A stretch of 64,000 bases of DNA from positions 859,510 through 923,509 of the forward strand of contig NW_003314312.1 of assembly GCF_000143415.4 (NCBI RefSeq), read 5' to 3'. Under the pieces are notes generated by a model, which saw nothing but the letters and a program-made list of their open reading frames with translations, was not told the origin of the DNA and ran no database searches. Shown piece by piece: positions 50,734 through 63,511 of the stretch. The position numbers and the translations under genes were made by a program. The DNA comes from Selaginella moellendorffii. Its lineage: Eukaryota > Plantae > Lycopodiophyta. Numbering within the stretch: the stretch's first letter is position 1; the number at the start of each line of letters is the position of its first letter.

Positions 50734-51099
50734 ATGGCTAATGCTTTTGGATTCCTTCTCTCGTGCGTCGTGCTTCTATCAGCATCCTTGTTTGTTTGCA
50801 CAGAGGCGCGCTCCAGAGTTTTGTGCGCGCGCTCGCATCCTTGCTGCGGGATCTTTTCACCTGCCGGTTGCTTTGGGCCGCGAAGAGCTCTCGACTGCGA
50901 ATGCCCGGGTCCGATCGTTCGCCCACATCCTCCTCGTCCAGCCTCGGGCCCGGGCGCTGCTCACGGCCCAAAGCCACCACCAAAATTCCCTCCATTCCCG
51001 TTCCCATGGTTTCCTCCATTTCCATTTCCCTTCAGGTTCCCACCATTTCCAAGACATGCTCCACCACCACTGCCTAATGTTCGTCCTCCACGTAACTAA
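50734..51099 (+). CDS. Small secreted protein with a 6-Cys domain and Pro/Phe/Arg-rich tail
   Basis: ATG in aaATGG context; signal peptide ending TEA; C-x5-CC-x7-C-x8-CxC; FPPFPFP repeats. Confidence 0.75.
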   Translation: MANAFGFLLSCVVLLSASLFVCTEARSRVLCARSHPCCGIFSPAGCFGPRRALDCECPGPIVRPHPPRPASGPGAAHGPKPPPKFPPFPFPWFPPFPFPFRFPPFPRHAPPPLPNVRPPRN

Positions 51100-51195
51100 A
51101 TTACTACCACCATAGTCGCCACCTTTTAGTTCCACGTAACTATAGATCCGCCACCTAGAAGTTTTCACACAAAAATTAATAAAAGGGGATGTTTT

Positions 51196-51269
51196 TTCCA
51201 TTGCCGGGATTTGAACCCGGGTCGCCTGGGTGAAAGCCAGGTATCCTGACCGGACTAGACGACAATGGA
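51196..51269 (-). tRNA. tRNA-Glu (anticodon TTC)
   Basis: TCCATTG/CAATGGA acceptor stem, CCTGG-CTTTCAC-CCAGG anticodon arm, CCGGG-TTCAAAT-CCCGG T arm, upstream CAA and downstream T-runs. Confidence 0.97.
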
Positions 51270-51518
51270 ATTGCAAGAAGCCTCTTCTGGCCAGTGCTTT
51301 TCATATCCATGGACAATGTGTAAATTTTCCCTTGACTAGCTTGTTACTCGTTACATGAGAAAGTGTAACATATCTACAGTTGGGGACGCTTTTGCTTTTG
51401 CTCAGGAATCTGGAGGTTGTGAGATCTTGAGTTTGGTGGTGTGTCTCCTTCTCATCCACAAAGGGAGCAACTTGAAGAACCCTAACGCGTTTCTTACAGC
51501 TTCGTATTAGGGTGGCGG

Positions 51519-51520
<2 letters not shown>

Positions 51521-51551
<31 letters not shown>
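51521..51551. repeat. (GATT)n microsatellite
   Basis: About eight tandem gatt units. Confidence 0.9.
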
Positions 51552-52012
51552 CCTCACTTCTACAAAATATACTTTGTAAGGTGTACTCTCGACCTATACT
51601 GCCTCTAGGTACACTGCAAAAGCTGCAATTTGCAAGACAAAAAAAAAAAAAGGAATACTAATGATCTCAAATGACAAAAACGGTCTTTCTTTCCTTATTT
51701 TTTTCCTTTTTGGCTTGCCAAAAAAATTTCGATCGCATCTCTCGCTTGAGAGAGTGTTGTAATGTTGTATTGATTGATTGACGATCTTATCCTCCCACAA
51801 AGACCTCTATGTACACCAAGGGAATAAAAAAATGATAAAAAAGGAGATTTCTTCACATTTTTCCAGCCTCTCACACTGGGCCATTCCAACGATCCAAGCG
51901 AATCAAACCTTTGCTTCAAACGAACGAAGGTGCGATCGGTCGAGTTGTGCTGTGCGATCGCGGAAAAAAAATCCAAAGAGAAAAGTATAAACCTCGCGCG
52001 CGCGTCTATGTA

Positions 52013-52918
52013 TCACCTCATCAAGATCAATCCACTGTCCTGCGCCGAATCCTTCTTCTTGCAGGACGCCATCTCCGGCTGCTGCTGCTGCTGCTGCTGG
52101 CAGCGGCGCTGCTCCTGCCTGAAATTCGCCTGGCAGATCTTGGCCAGCGACTGCAAGTTGCACCGCACCACCGTGTCGGTGAAAACGCGAGTATCCTCCC
52201 TGGTGTTCCCCTCTGGAACATCCACCACATAGGATTCCATCACCACCGTCACCACCTTCCTGGTGGGAGCCAAAGTTGCCGGAGCTGTTCTTCCGTGATC
52301 CCCGGAAGAACACCTCAAACCTGCGCTGCCGCCACCGGTGGCGATGGGCATGGAAATGGATCCAGCGCCACCATCGCTCACCTCAAACTCGTGCAAGCTT
52401 GTGACGGAGGCGTAGTTCCGGAGGCGGTGCTCGCCACCCACGACGCGGAAGCTGACGATGTGGTGCTCGTCGTCCAGGATCTCCAGCCTCTCGGTACTGC
52501 AGCTAGCGGGGAGGCCCGAGATGAGCGTGATGTTGCGGAGGCTGCCCACGCTGCTGCCATCGCCGCTGGCGATGACGCACGCCTTGACGAAGCGCTTGTA
52601 GGCCTGGGGCGTGTCGAAGCGGCGGAGCATCGGCCACACAGCGCTGACGGGCGCATCGATCCGCTGGAGCAAGAGATTGGCGCACTGGTGGGGCTGCGCG
52701 GCCGAGAGCGCGCTGTGGAGGCGCCACCGCGATTCGTCCAGCTGCAATCGCTGCTGGGGCGTGAGCATATCGTCCAGCTCTTTGCCGGTGGTGATTGTGG
52801 CGGCAGTGGTGGTGTTGTCCGATCCTCCGCCTCCGGCTCTCTCGGCTTTGCTGGGCTTGGAGTGATCGTCCAGAGATACCACGTCCTCGAGACGGATGAT
52901 CCGCTGCTCCACCACCAT
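52013..52918 (-). CDS. PYL: PYR/PYL/RCAR abscisic acid receptor
   Basis: [16 protein letters not shown], gate [16 protein letters not shown], latch [32 protein letters not shown]; ATG at 52918. Confidence 0.95.
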   Translation of the reverse strand: MVVEQRIIRLEDVVSLDDHSKPSKAERAGGGGSDNTTTAATITTGKELDDMLTPQQRLQLDESRWRLHSALSAAQPHQCANLLLQRIDAPVSAVWPMLRRFDTPQAYKRFVKACVIASGDGSSVGSLRNITLISGLPASCSTERLEILDDEHHIVSFRVVGGEHRLRNYASVTSLHEFEVSDGGAGSISMPIATGGGSAGLRCSSGDHGRTAPATLAPTRKVVTVVMESYVVDVPEGNTREDTRVFTDTVVRCNLQSLAKICQANFRQEQRRCQQQQQQQPEMASCKKKDSAQDSGLILMR

Positions 52919-53595
52919 CCCAGCGCGGGTCTGGTAATCGGACAAGAACCCACGAGCGATTAGCGATGGGGGAGCAAAACCCACTACTCACAATCACACA
53001 CCCGCGCGGACCTTCTTCTCTTTTTCCTTGTTCTCCTTTTATCTCACACACACTCCCTCTCTCTCCGCTTTCTCGCGCGGATATGCATTGCTCGAACCGA
53101 CCAAGAAGGAAAAAGAGAAGGATAAAAAAAAGCAAGGAAGAGCATGGTTGACTTGCGCGGAGTTTCTAAAGCCAGAAGCTCGAGTGGGAGCTTAGATCTC
53201 GGAGGCGGCTCTCCTTGAGTCAGAGGCAGCACCAGCGTCGTCAAGGAGGAAGAATCCAATCACTCTGGAAAATCCCAGGCAAGGAAAGTTCTTCCTTCGA
53301 TCCTCGCTCTAAGATAAGAAGTGGAGATTGGTGTTCTTTACCTTGTTGGGGGAGATTTCTCCCAATGAATCGATCATCATCAGGGCCACCATTGCGTTTG
53401 TCGTTGCGAGAAATCGCTCGCGCTAGCTCGGATCGCCCACACCCTCCAGCTCGGATAGAATCCAATCCAAGAAACAAAACCAGCCCAGCTTTCTTGATCT
53501 TCTTTGCGTGAGTGGGTTGTCAAGGAAGGTAGTCCTTTTTGATAGCTACCGCGAGCTCTGAGGGAACTCACACACACAGAGGAAATTTAAGGAGC

Positions 53596-53599
<4 letters not shown>

Positions 53600-53632
<33 letters not shown>

Positions 53633-53656
53633 TCTCTCGTGGAGAGAGAGAGAGAG
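53600..53656. repeat. (CT)n/(GA)n tract upstream of PYL (GAGA-type element)
   Basis: Visible dinucleotide runs in opposite orientations. Confidence 0.8.
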
Positions 53657-54776
53657 TCTTTTGGTGTGAAGTGAGGGGCCCAAATGCGGTCACAAAATCG
53701 CACGCGTACGGCGGGCTCCAGGATCTAACTGCAGGGCCGTCGGGAATATTCACCGCGGGCCGCGAATATTCCGATTTGATCGATCGCTGTCCAACTTGCG
53801 CTCGCCCCCACTTGGCAATTTGGGAGAGAGCGAAGTTTGTGGATGATCAAGTCGCGGGAATGGATCCATCCTGTGGGCTTCGCGTCGTAAAAGTAAAAGA
53901 GAGGAATTGGACTGGAGGATTGGCTGGCGGTCGCAGTAACGAGTTGTCGTTTGTCACCGAGGAGGATGCCCAAGTAGCCAAATTGCAGGGTGGCGGGGGG
54001 ACCTTTTATAATTAAGCTCCAGCAAAGAATCCATCAATCCTCCCCACCACAGGCACCACATTTTGATAAAGAAGTAATATGTTTTCGTGACGGAGACGAC
54101 GACTGCGACGAAGACGAACGGGAAAATATCAGCTTTTCAATGCCCAAATCTTCCACGTGAAAACTGCATTGGCAGCTCCAACTTGCCAAGTTGCCCCGCA
54201 CACAAAACCCCAAGAAAAACTTCATACGTTTTCACTAGCTTGATCGGTCACACTGTTCCAACTAAGTACCATCTTTCTTCTTCTCGTCACGCCCCCACCC
54301 AAATCCCTGGATCTGGAATCAAATCAGGCAAATAGAACTGGTTTTGTGGTCTAGTGTTGGGCCTGCAGTGACGGTGCATTGCATCTCATCGCTTGCACCA
54401 CCACAATCAAGTGGATAGCATTGTCAAACATAAATAAAGCTTGGAGTCGAGATCAATTTGCCTTGCATCCATCAGTTTCATGTTTGCACTGTTGCATCCA
54501 CCAGTCTCATGTGTCACAATAGCCATTCAGAGAAGAGCATACATGTATACATAGCATAAGAGCCTAAGACCCAATTTACAATGAAAAGCCGCAGGCAACA
54601 AGTGGGAAGAATAGTTCATTGCCCCCGAGTTTACAATTCGCTTGCCACACAAAATAATCAAGGGAGCCCGCATCCGCCCTCCAAGAATATTTCTCCAATC
54701 CTTACCAATTCAATGAACACTAAGCATTGTATCAGAGCAAAAGCGAAAAAGGCCCCATTCTAGAAACAATCCCCAG

Positions 54777-55080
54777 CAAGTTGGGCCATTGTTTAGTCAC
54801 TAAACAGCTCTAGCAAAATGATCCCCATGACCAACCAATGGCTGCTTTTCACTGTAATATATATACTCCAAGTTGGGCCATTGTTTACTCACTAAACAGC
54901 TCTAGCAAAATGATCCCCATGGACCAGCATCCTTGCAACCAATGGCTGCTTTTCACTGTAATATATATACTCCAAGTTGGGCCATTGTTTACTCACTACA
55001 CAGCTCTAGCAAAATGATCCCCATGACCAGCATCCTTCCAACCAATGGCTGCTTTTCACTGTAATATATATACACCAAGT
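54777..55080. repeat. Three-copy ~92-104-bp tandem repeat
   Basis: caagttgggccattgttta.tcacta.acagctctagcaaaatgatccccatg...caaccaatggctgcttttcactgtaatatatatac x3. Confidence 0.93.
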
Positions 55081-55375
55081 GGGGGCAGAGCACCAGGTGA
55101 AATGCATCCCCAACAACTGGTCCCAAACTCTTTCAAATTGCACAAGAATCATTCCTGGAGTTGTCAAAAAAGAGGTAAAAAAATTTAAATCTGTGATGTC
55201 AGCGCCACGCCAGCTCCGTACCAGCTGGCCCCTCGCCGGATACCGTACATATAAGCTCTATGTTGTGTAGATTCGTTTAGAAGTATCGAGACGATAATCA
55301 CGGTGATAATATCCCTATCCTCTGTGTATGAATGAATATAATGTGTGTGTCTGCTGTGTACAAGTGGGGCTTTTT

Positions 55376-58300
55376 TTAAGCGAAGTAAGTGGCTGTGCCT
55401 GAATTTAATAGCAGCTGCCAGGCAAACGAGATGAGGAAGAATCAAAGCAACAAAAGAAAAGTAAAACACACTACCTCGAGCTGCTCTTCCGTGAACTGTT
55501 CCTTCTGAATCTCCCAAGTATCCGAGTGCGTACGACGGAACTCGCCAATCGCCTTGGTTACGGTCGCTCGTATCGGCCACGGGTAATGGCTGAAGTATGT
55601 TATTGTCGTCACCATCTCGGGCAGCCAGCTGATACGGTAAAGATCACAACGGGTCAGAGTTTCTTGTGACGAGTACCTGGGTATATCGTAAGGAACGGAG
55701 AGAATGCATGCTGTGAGAGCAAGCACTGCGCCGTGCACCACGGGAACTGCAAGCCCATCCGGAAGCCTGTGCGAGCTGGGAAGCAAGGCACACGAGCAAG
55801 TGAGAGGTCTTGAAATCAATCACCCGCTACAAACAAGGAACAAGTTGGACACACTGGGTGGCTTACTTTGGCTTCCCGGATTTTAAGATTGAGCGTGTTG
55901 TCGCCAGTGCCTGCTCGCGAAAGCTTTGCACCACGCTGCTCTCTGCGCCTCTCATCATGCCCGCTGCAGCCGTCGACGACATCTCTCTCACCTGATCGAT
56001 AAAGGACAACAAACATGTAAGTCTTCCTCTCTTTTTTTTTAAAGAGAAAAATGGATGAAAACTCCTACCTCCAGCTGAGGGTCACATAGAGATTCGGTCA
56101 CTTTGTTCCAAAGCAACTGCCAAAGGCTATGATTCAATAAGAATGAATGTCTGTACACAAATAAGACGACATTAGATAGTAGTACCATGCTCATACAAAA
56201 ACAACAGACCTGTACATAAATGGCTGAAGGAACGAAATGGAGGCAACTCGAACGCGCCAGTTATCCTCACTCGCAGCTTTGAGTAATCGCGACGCAAGTT
56301 CGGCAAGGTGCGAGGTGGGAAAGAGCTGCCACTTCAGGTAACGCAGAGCCGACCGTGCTAAGTGTGTCAGGTCTTTTTCCGAGGTATCCTGATAAAACAC
56401 ACTCTTTTCTTAGTCTCAAAGCAAGAAAGCTATATACCGAACCTGGAGCAAAAGAAGTGGATGTACAAGTTCAACTACAAGGTCTGACAAAATGTTGAAC
56501 CGTCCTGAGTACATACAAGCTAACAGAAAATAAAATACCTGCACGACCAGAGGTGTAAAGAAGCTAGCCGAAAGATCAATATCACTTACCGTCTCCATGT
56601 CCTTGACAGCCTTTTTGTCACGTTTCGAAACATCACCTTCAACGTTCTCGTGCACATTCAGGATCTTCCTTGCTTCTGGTTCGGTCCGCTGAATGAACCT
56701 CCCGAGAGATGTGCTGCCATCGAGTGGAACTTCGTGACCACACTCTCGTAGGCCAGCACTTAAAACACAAGCAAGCGTCCCGATCGCCTTCCGGACCTGT
56801 GCATTTAAACCAACGATCACAAAGCTCACAGTGAGAAACTGAATCAACCAAGGCTTCACCTGAGCAGTTGAGTGACCAGTGTACTCCAATATCTCGTCGA
56901 GAAGCATGACCTGGAAGCTGACTTCGTCGCTAAGCATGTCTTTGCTCTGGACTTCCAATAGTGCCGCGGTGAGAAAATTAAACCGCTTAGCGGCGAGACT
57001 CGAAGAAGCATGCGATCCCAGTAACTTGCCAAGGCACTCCAGCACTTTAAAACGCAGCGCCGACCCTTGGCTCCCACTCGTCGCGTATCGAATGCATGCC
57101 ACCCATTCAGGAGCGCATTCCAGTGTGGTTTTCTTGAGGGCCTTACGCAACAAAGCTGATAGCCAGTCATCCCATGCCGCCTCAACGCAGGCAGCCTCCG
57201 ACCGTATCACACCCCCGATTATCTCAGCCGCAGCACACTGCTTCCCACGTTCATCCACGGTCGAGACAGCGTCTTCCAGCGGCCGTCGTAAGATGTCCAA
57301 GACAATCTGGCCATATTTCCGAGTGAGCTCTTCAAACAGCTTAGCGGAAGCTTTCGAGAATGCAACTCCCAGTGACTTCGACTCCCAACTCCTCGTTAAA
57401 GGCCAGTCGCACATGTACGTCGGTAGCAAGTAAACCAGGCCGACGTCGGACATGCTTTGCGGAACGTGGATGCCATCGTCTTCAGTGTAATGGTGGTCAA
57501 GTGCCAGCAGCTCGACAACACGTTCGCCAAAGCTCTCACTTAGCAATTGCTGCCCAATGGTGATTGATCCATTTAGTTCATGCCCCTGCATCTTGTCGGA
57601 TTCAGCACCTAACAGTAGTAGCACGGCTCTCACTGACAGCCTTCGCACTGTCGGCAAATCACTAGTAAGTTTTCCGAGGAAATGTTCTGTCAGGAAAAAC
57701 ATCGAGACCATGAATGTGAAGCTTACAAAAACATCGACTTACCGTATCCATTTCTGACTAAATTCAAATTTTTCTTTCCAGATTCAAAGAACGGGGCCAG
57801 TGTTAGAAACAACAGCAATCCTTGAGCCATGAGATTATACCTGCCATTTAAAAGAACCAAGTCAAAACCTTACAAGAAACAGTGCAGTTTTACCGCCAAT
57901 GGACGGATGATGAAGCACCGGTAGCGAAGCTTTTGATATCCATTATTGTGTCCTCAATATTTGGTGTTACTTGGACAGGAGACCCACCAAAATACCAATT
58001 GAAGGCAATGAAAAGCTTTACGATCGAGTTATATCAGATGATTTGCCATGGCTGATAAAGAAATATACCTTGTTAATAGCGTTCTGCGCTTTTGTGGAAT
58101 CATGATGAGCGCTAGAAAATGAAGTTTAAGAAAGTGATAAATAAAGAAAAGCAGTTGGTCATACCTCTTGAGAAATGAAGCTAAAAACGCAGGCAGACAT
58201 GACCAATCCTATAAAACAAAACATTAACACAAAGGCAAATAACTATGCTTGTTAGGCGCACCTCCATCATAGACCGTATAACTGTTCTCGTTTTTAGTAT

Positions 58301-61300
58301 TGCACAGGCACCTAGTGTCGATTCTTCAGTGGCGTTGGGATTATTAAGGTGCGTAACGAGCAGTGGTAGTATTGTTTGTGGCAAGAAAAAAAATCGGTGC
58401 ATCAGAAGTCCAAGGACAGCGGCTGCATACCTGCGAAAGGAAGAGTTTCAGCGTCCCCAAAGAAACATATAATGATAACTTACGATCTTATTGCCTTGTA
58501 ACGATGTAAGCTAATGCTTACCAGATCGTTACTAAGTGATTCAAGAGCTGGAGGCAAGGAATTTGTCGGACTCATGTAATAATCATAGTATTCTGTCTCT
58601 GCGCTCCGCCAAACATGTTGAATATATGCACGCTGGTGTACTAACCACAACGGTCTGCGATGGAAAAGAACAAAAGAAAAGAAAACATGGGGCTGACGTT
58701 TGATGAAAAAAGACACGGATTAACCTTCTCAAACATTTCGTATCGTTGCTTGTTAAGAAATTCGCAGCAGGCTCGGTTAAATTCAGTCGTTCGGCATCCC
58801 AATCATTTCGGGCCTGATGCCAGTAGCCGTTTTCAACGCCTCCTGAATAGTTGACCCTTTAGTCCAGAACAATAACAACTCTATCTCACCGGAATTGACT
58901 ATAGCGTTCATGACAGAGATTAGAGGCTTAAGTATCGCGGATTCGTCCCCCTTGTTTGCTAGAAGGTAGCTGTTTGGAAAAAAGAGAAAATCAGCGCTTT
59001 CAGTTAAGATGGAAAACAAAGAAGACAAATACCCGCATGCTTTGTGAAGGATCATTGCAATGTCACTTCTCAAACTGGAGTCTCCAATTGGCACCCCAGA
59101 CAATCCAACGACGGTATAGCTGTGCTCAACCTTCTGAAAGTCAGGAAGTGAAGATCCCAAACCTTGGAGTACAGCGTCCACACGTAGAAGTGTCACACGG
59201 AGGTAGTCCTTCTCCTGTCCTGTATAAAGGATATCTTCACTGTAAAACAGCCTCAACGTTTCTGGTTTGAGTCTGTAGTGAGGTCACCTGTATTTTTCTG
59301 GAGACCTTTTTCAGGAAAGCGCTGAAGATTAGAGAGCGCCCCATGCATGTGGAAGTCAACCAGCTCCTCCACGAACATAATTTCATCGGCGGAAGGAATG
59401 TGCCAAGATGGCCTAGCACTGTCAAACTCGTTCTTGTCTTTTGTACCAATCCAGATATCTAGTTCATCAGATGCTGGCAACCTGGAAACGCATATTCTTA
59501 AAGCTCTTCAGCAATTAAATAAATTGAAACCTTACTTCCAAGAGCTGACAGGAAAATAGCACACTAGCCTTCGAATGAGAAACTTCAGCAACAGTTTTCC
59601 AGCATCATTAACCTTCATTGCAAACGCTTGTGAAGTCTCCCAGAGAGAGAAGAGAGAGAGAGAGAGAAACAAAAAAAAAGCTCGCTTATTGCATACCTTG
59701 CAGGATGGAGCATTGAATGCTACTTGAATGAGGTCCTTGAGGATCGTCTTGTAATTCAGAATTGTTGCATCTCCGGCTGCAATTGTAGATGCCAGGACGT
59801 TAAGCTGGTACGTTGCTCTTTGCTCTAGAGCCGATGAGAGAGTCGCCTGAAGCAATGTCGCTCTTAAGGAATCTCTTTTTCTAAAAATCCAGGCATACCT
59901 TAGAGCTAAAGTCAGACGTTTCTCCGTTTTTGCAATATCCTGTAGACGGTGTTTCACCCAACGTGGATAGCAAATCCTTCATGATAGGCTCTAATAACAT
60001 GCTGATGGCCGTAGAAGAATCACGTTCAACAGCAGCAAAACACAAAGTTGCCATTTCATCCGCAGCTCCAGGTAAGATATTGCCAGTTAAGAACTTTTTT
60101 ATACGCACGAGAACCTTAATAAAACTAGTGTCAGCAATAAACCATACTCAAGATGTAGCAAAAACAAACCAGTTTGAAGATACGTTCGGGCAGCTTGCCA
60201 AACAAAAGAGCCAATAGCGGATAGAAATAGGACCCACTCTCCACGAGAAAGCCGTCATTGGTATTGGTTTCTGTGGACAAACTATGCAGACATTCAATAT
60301 TTAGATACATAGAATTCGCTTTATAAAAAGAAAGCTTCCATGCAGGACTGTATACTTACGAAGATTGAGACCCTGGTTCCAGACTCAGAAGCAGAGAAAA
60401 TAGCTGGTCCAGGAACTGAAATGTCCACTTTTCCCAGTCGATAGGAAAAATACCGTTGTGATCAGGATCTTGAAGGTTGCTCACGCTCGATAACACGGAG
60501 CAATACAGCTGCATGGTGGCAAGAGTTTTAAGAGGATCGTTTGCATCCAATCCAGGTATAGTTTTGAACATAGAACCGAGAAGCGCATCTCTATAGCGCA
60601 CAGCAGGCCCAGCAGTTAACTGGTTCTCCTTGTTAGAGGCCGTCTCTCTTTGATAAAAGAGTAGAATGGGCCTGGTACACAAGGCAAGAGTTTTAATCGC
60701 TAATTCAAGCTGATGAGTTGCCGTTATCTGCAAAGAACTTTCAGTGAAGAAAGAATAGAATTTGTCACGTACCGACACCATGGCAGTTTCGAAAGAAGAA
60801 ACCGCAACGTTCAGCGCCAATGCTGGTTCAATATAAGCCAAGTTTGACACTGCTTTAGCGCAAGCGTGAGAAAGCCTGTCACTTTTACTGTATTGGCCTC
60901 TCTCTACCAGCCTTAAAACTTCCTTCACAAAAGACGCTCGTTCAACTGCCCCCAAGACTTGTCTCGTCTTCTTCTGCGTGTTACACTCTCTCTCCATACG
61001 CTTCGAGAAGCAACGTACGAGGAAAGTCATGAAATGTTCGAGGGAGTCAGACCAGTGGCCACCATTTGACGGGTGGTAATATGGCTCAAGATAATCAACC
61101 AGCTTCCTGAAAGAAGACTCCGCTGAGCCTCCGGGAGTCAGCAGATAAATCTGCAAAGGACGGGCAACATAAATTCAGCAAGTAGTTGTCAAAAAAGACC
61201 GAAGTTCTTACGATTGATTTGGCCGCGGTCTTTGATAACGACACGTTTATTCCGGGAGGAAAACTATGGATGGACCAGTTAATTGGGGGATGTGCACTAG

Positions 61301-62551
61301 ACCGTCCAACAGGTACCTGAAACCTTTGGCTATTAGAAAACGAACAAAAGAACTTGCAACTCAATTAAGATGATCTAACCCGGAAAGAGTTCAGTAGATG
61401 AGAGAATATAACTGGCATAAAAGGTTCCCAGTTCATATCCAACGACGTGATACACCGGCCAATCAAGGATCCCCATTGTGAGCTCCAAAACTGACAGCTA
61501 GGAATACGTTGCCAGAGGTCGAGGCACTCGGCCACCCAGTCACTGGTAGTTAGTCGGAAAATTTTTAGCGCGAAAAGTATCAACCGGGACGACTTACACT
61601 GTGAAAACGTAAGGCTCCGACAAAGAATGCTGTGATTTCAGTGGAATAAAAAGCCCCAGAAAGCCTAGAGCCTCCAAGCACGATGTGCGACAAGGATGAT
61701 CGAAGCAAGGCCTTCAAAGACAAGAAAAGCCATCAACAGGAGGAAAAGATACTGCGAGAGCAATTTGCGTCGCCCCACCTAAACTCGTTCCAGATTTCCG
61801 TGGCAGAACCCGCAGAGAAGTAGTATCGGCAGCACTTGAGAAGCACGACAAAGTTGGTTGCATGCTCCGAGTTAGTCCCGAGTCCGCTGTAAAACTCCTG
61901 CCTGCCAGCCAGTAGTAAAGTCGCAGGCTTACAACAAAAGGCAAAAAGCTTACCTCTTGAAATGCGTGTTTACGAATATTTTGTAGAAAGGCCGCCAGTC
62001 CAGCGATAAGCTCAGCTTCTTGCGGTACTTTCTAAAGATCCTTGTCAAGCAGATCGCCCACCTTGTCTGTCCGAAAAAACGAACAATAAACCATAAATGA
62101 ACGAGAAAAGAGAAGCAAAGACGAAGAGCTACCTGAGCTTGGAGATTGATGGTGCCCTCGAGCAAAACCTCCAGTCCGATATTCGCTACAAGCTGCACGT
62201 CTTCCACGGCCACAGTGCTCAGTGCTTTCAAGAACCTGTAGAAAGAATCCACCTCGTAAGGGAAGAAGAAAAATAAAAACGAAAGAGAGAAGCTTACGAT
62301 TGTATGAGATAGATAAACCTGGTAGTCCTGACAGCCGAGGCCGAATTACCAGGTTCCCATTCTTCCTTGAGCTTTAGCGCCAGCTGATGGAATCGTCCCT
62401 CCTCTTCTCCAATCCTCTCGGCAACGATCGCAGGGAGCCAGCGATTGTAGAGACTGGTCTTCGGCGGCGCCGCAGCATCATCGGGGCACTCCTTGGCCAT
62501 GGCCTCATCAGCAGCAGGAGGGGGAGGAGGAAGAGGAGTGGGATCTTCCAT
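55376..62551 (-). CDS. PA200: Proteasome activator subunit 4 (PA200/Blm10), multi-exon
   Basis: LYNRWLP, LDWRPFY, YYHPSNGGHWS, GLDANDPLKTLATMQL, HGAVLALTACILSVPYDIPSWLP, EFRRTHSDTW; C-terminal ...TYFA* proteasome-docking tail. Confidence 0.94.
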
Positions 62552-63487
62552 ATTACGATGAGAATGCGCGCAATCTCGTCCTCGACTGCTCGGAATCTCT
62601 AGCTCGTTACCTCGAAGGATCGAATTCCCGGCGGCCCGATCCCACTCAATGCGCCGTGGCGGAGAGATCTAGCTCTGGGCACCGCATCGCATCGAGCGAG
62701 GGTTTCCTCGCGCCAGGGATGGAAGAAGGGTGCCGTCACAAACGGGGAAGAGAAAAGAGAGAGACTTTAGTTTAGAAAAGGGACCACAGCACTAATAAAG
62801 ATACCCAGTACGATCTTCTAACTTACTCCGTCGTGTAAAACGTACCGCCCGCCATACCGCGCGTCACGCTCCTTTTCTTTTGGGATGGTCCACGAAAGGA
62901 TAAAGGGAGCCTCTTGTCATCGTCCGATGGTTATTGAAGATCTTTTGCCTTTGCTGCATAGTCTCTCTACTGGAAGGGGAGCTTATTGTTGGGTGCTTCG
63001 ATCCCAAGCACCAAAGGGACATTTGCTTATTTGGTCTCATTAATGAGTGAGAAGAAGATGCTTGGTTTGGGAGTTGTTCACAAGGTCATATACTCCATTA
63101 GGTTAGCTAGCTACACTTTAATTCCAACTAGATGGGATTAAGGGCAACTATCAGCCTCAGAATGATGTCATAACTGCAAATTTATATCTTTTAACTCAGA
63201 TTGATGATTTAATGGAAGCATTTTGTTAATGTGATAAAGGATTGCTTTTTAAACTCTAACAACTTTATACAATTTCACAGTGATGCTATTTGTATGCCAT
63301 TTGAATATATAATGGATCGATTGGAAAGCTTTAAAAAGTCCACACTTATAGCAAGATCATTTATGACATGTGAAACAAGTGCTTCCATGGCATAAGAAAC
63401 ATTTTATTAAATTTAAACTTCCAAAACACAACTTTGGAAAATAGTAATCTCTCAAAATAGCTAGATCCTATTAATAAATCTCCTAGT

Positions 63488-63511
63488 GTTTAGGGTTTAG
63501 GGTTTGGGGTT
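63488..63511 (+). repeat. Short interstitial plant telomeric-type repeat (TTTAGGG)2-3
   Basis: gtttagggtttagggtttggggtt. Confidence 0.6.

Noticed and set aside
51911-52963. 350-aa plus-strand ORF antisense to PYL
   Set aside because: TTG start, mirrors GC3-rich PYL codons, no domain features.
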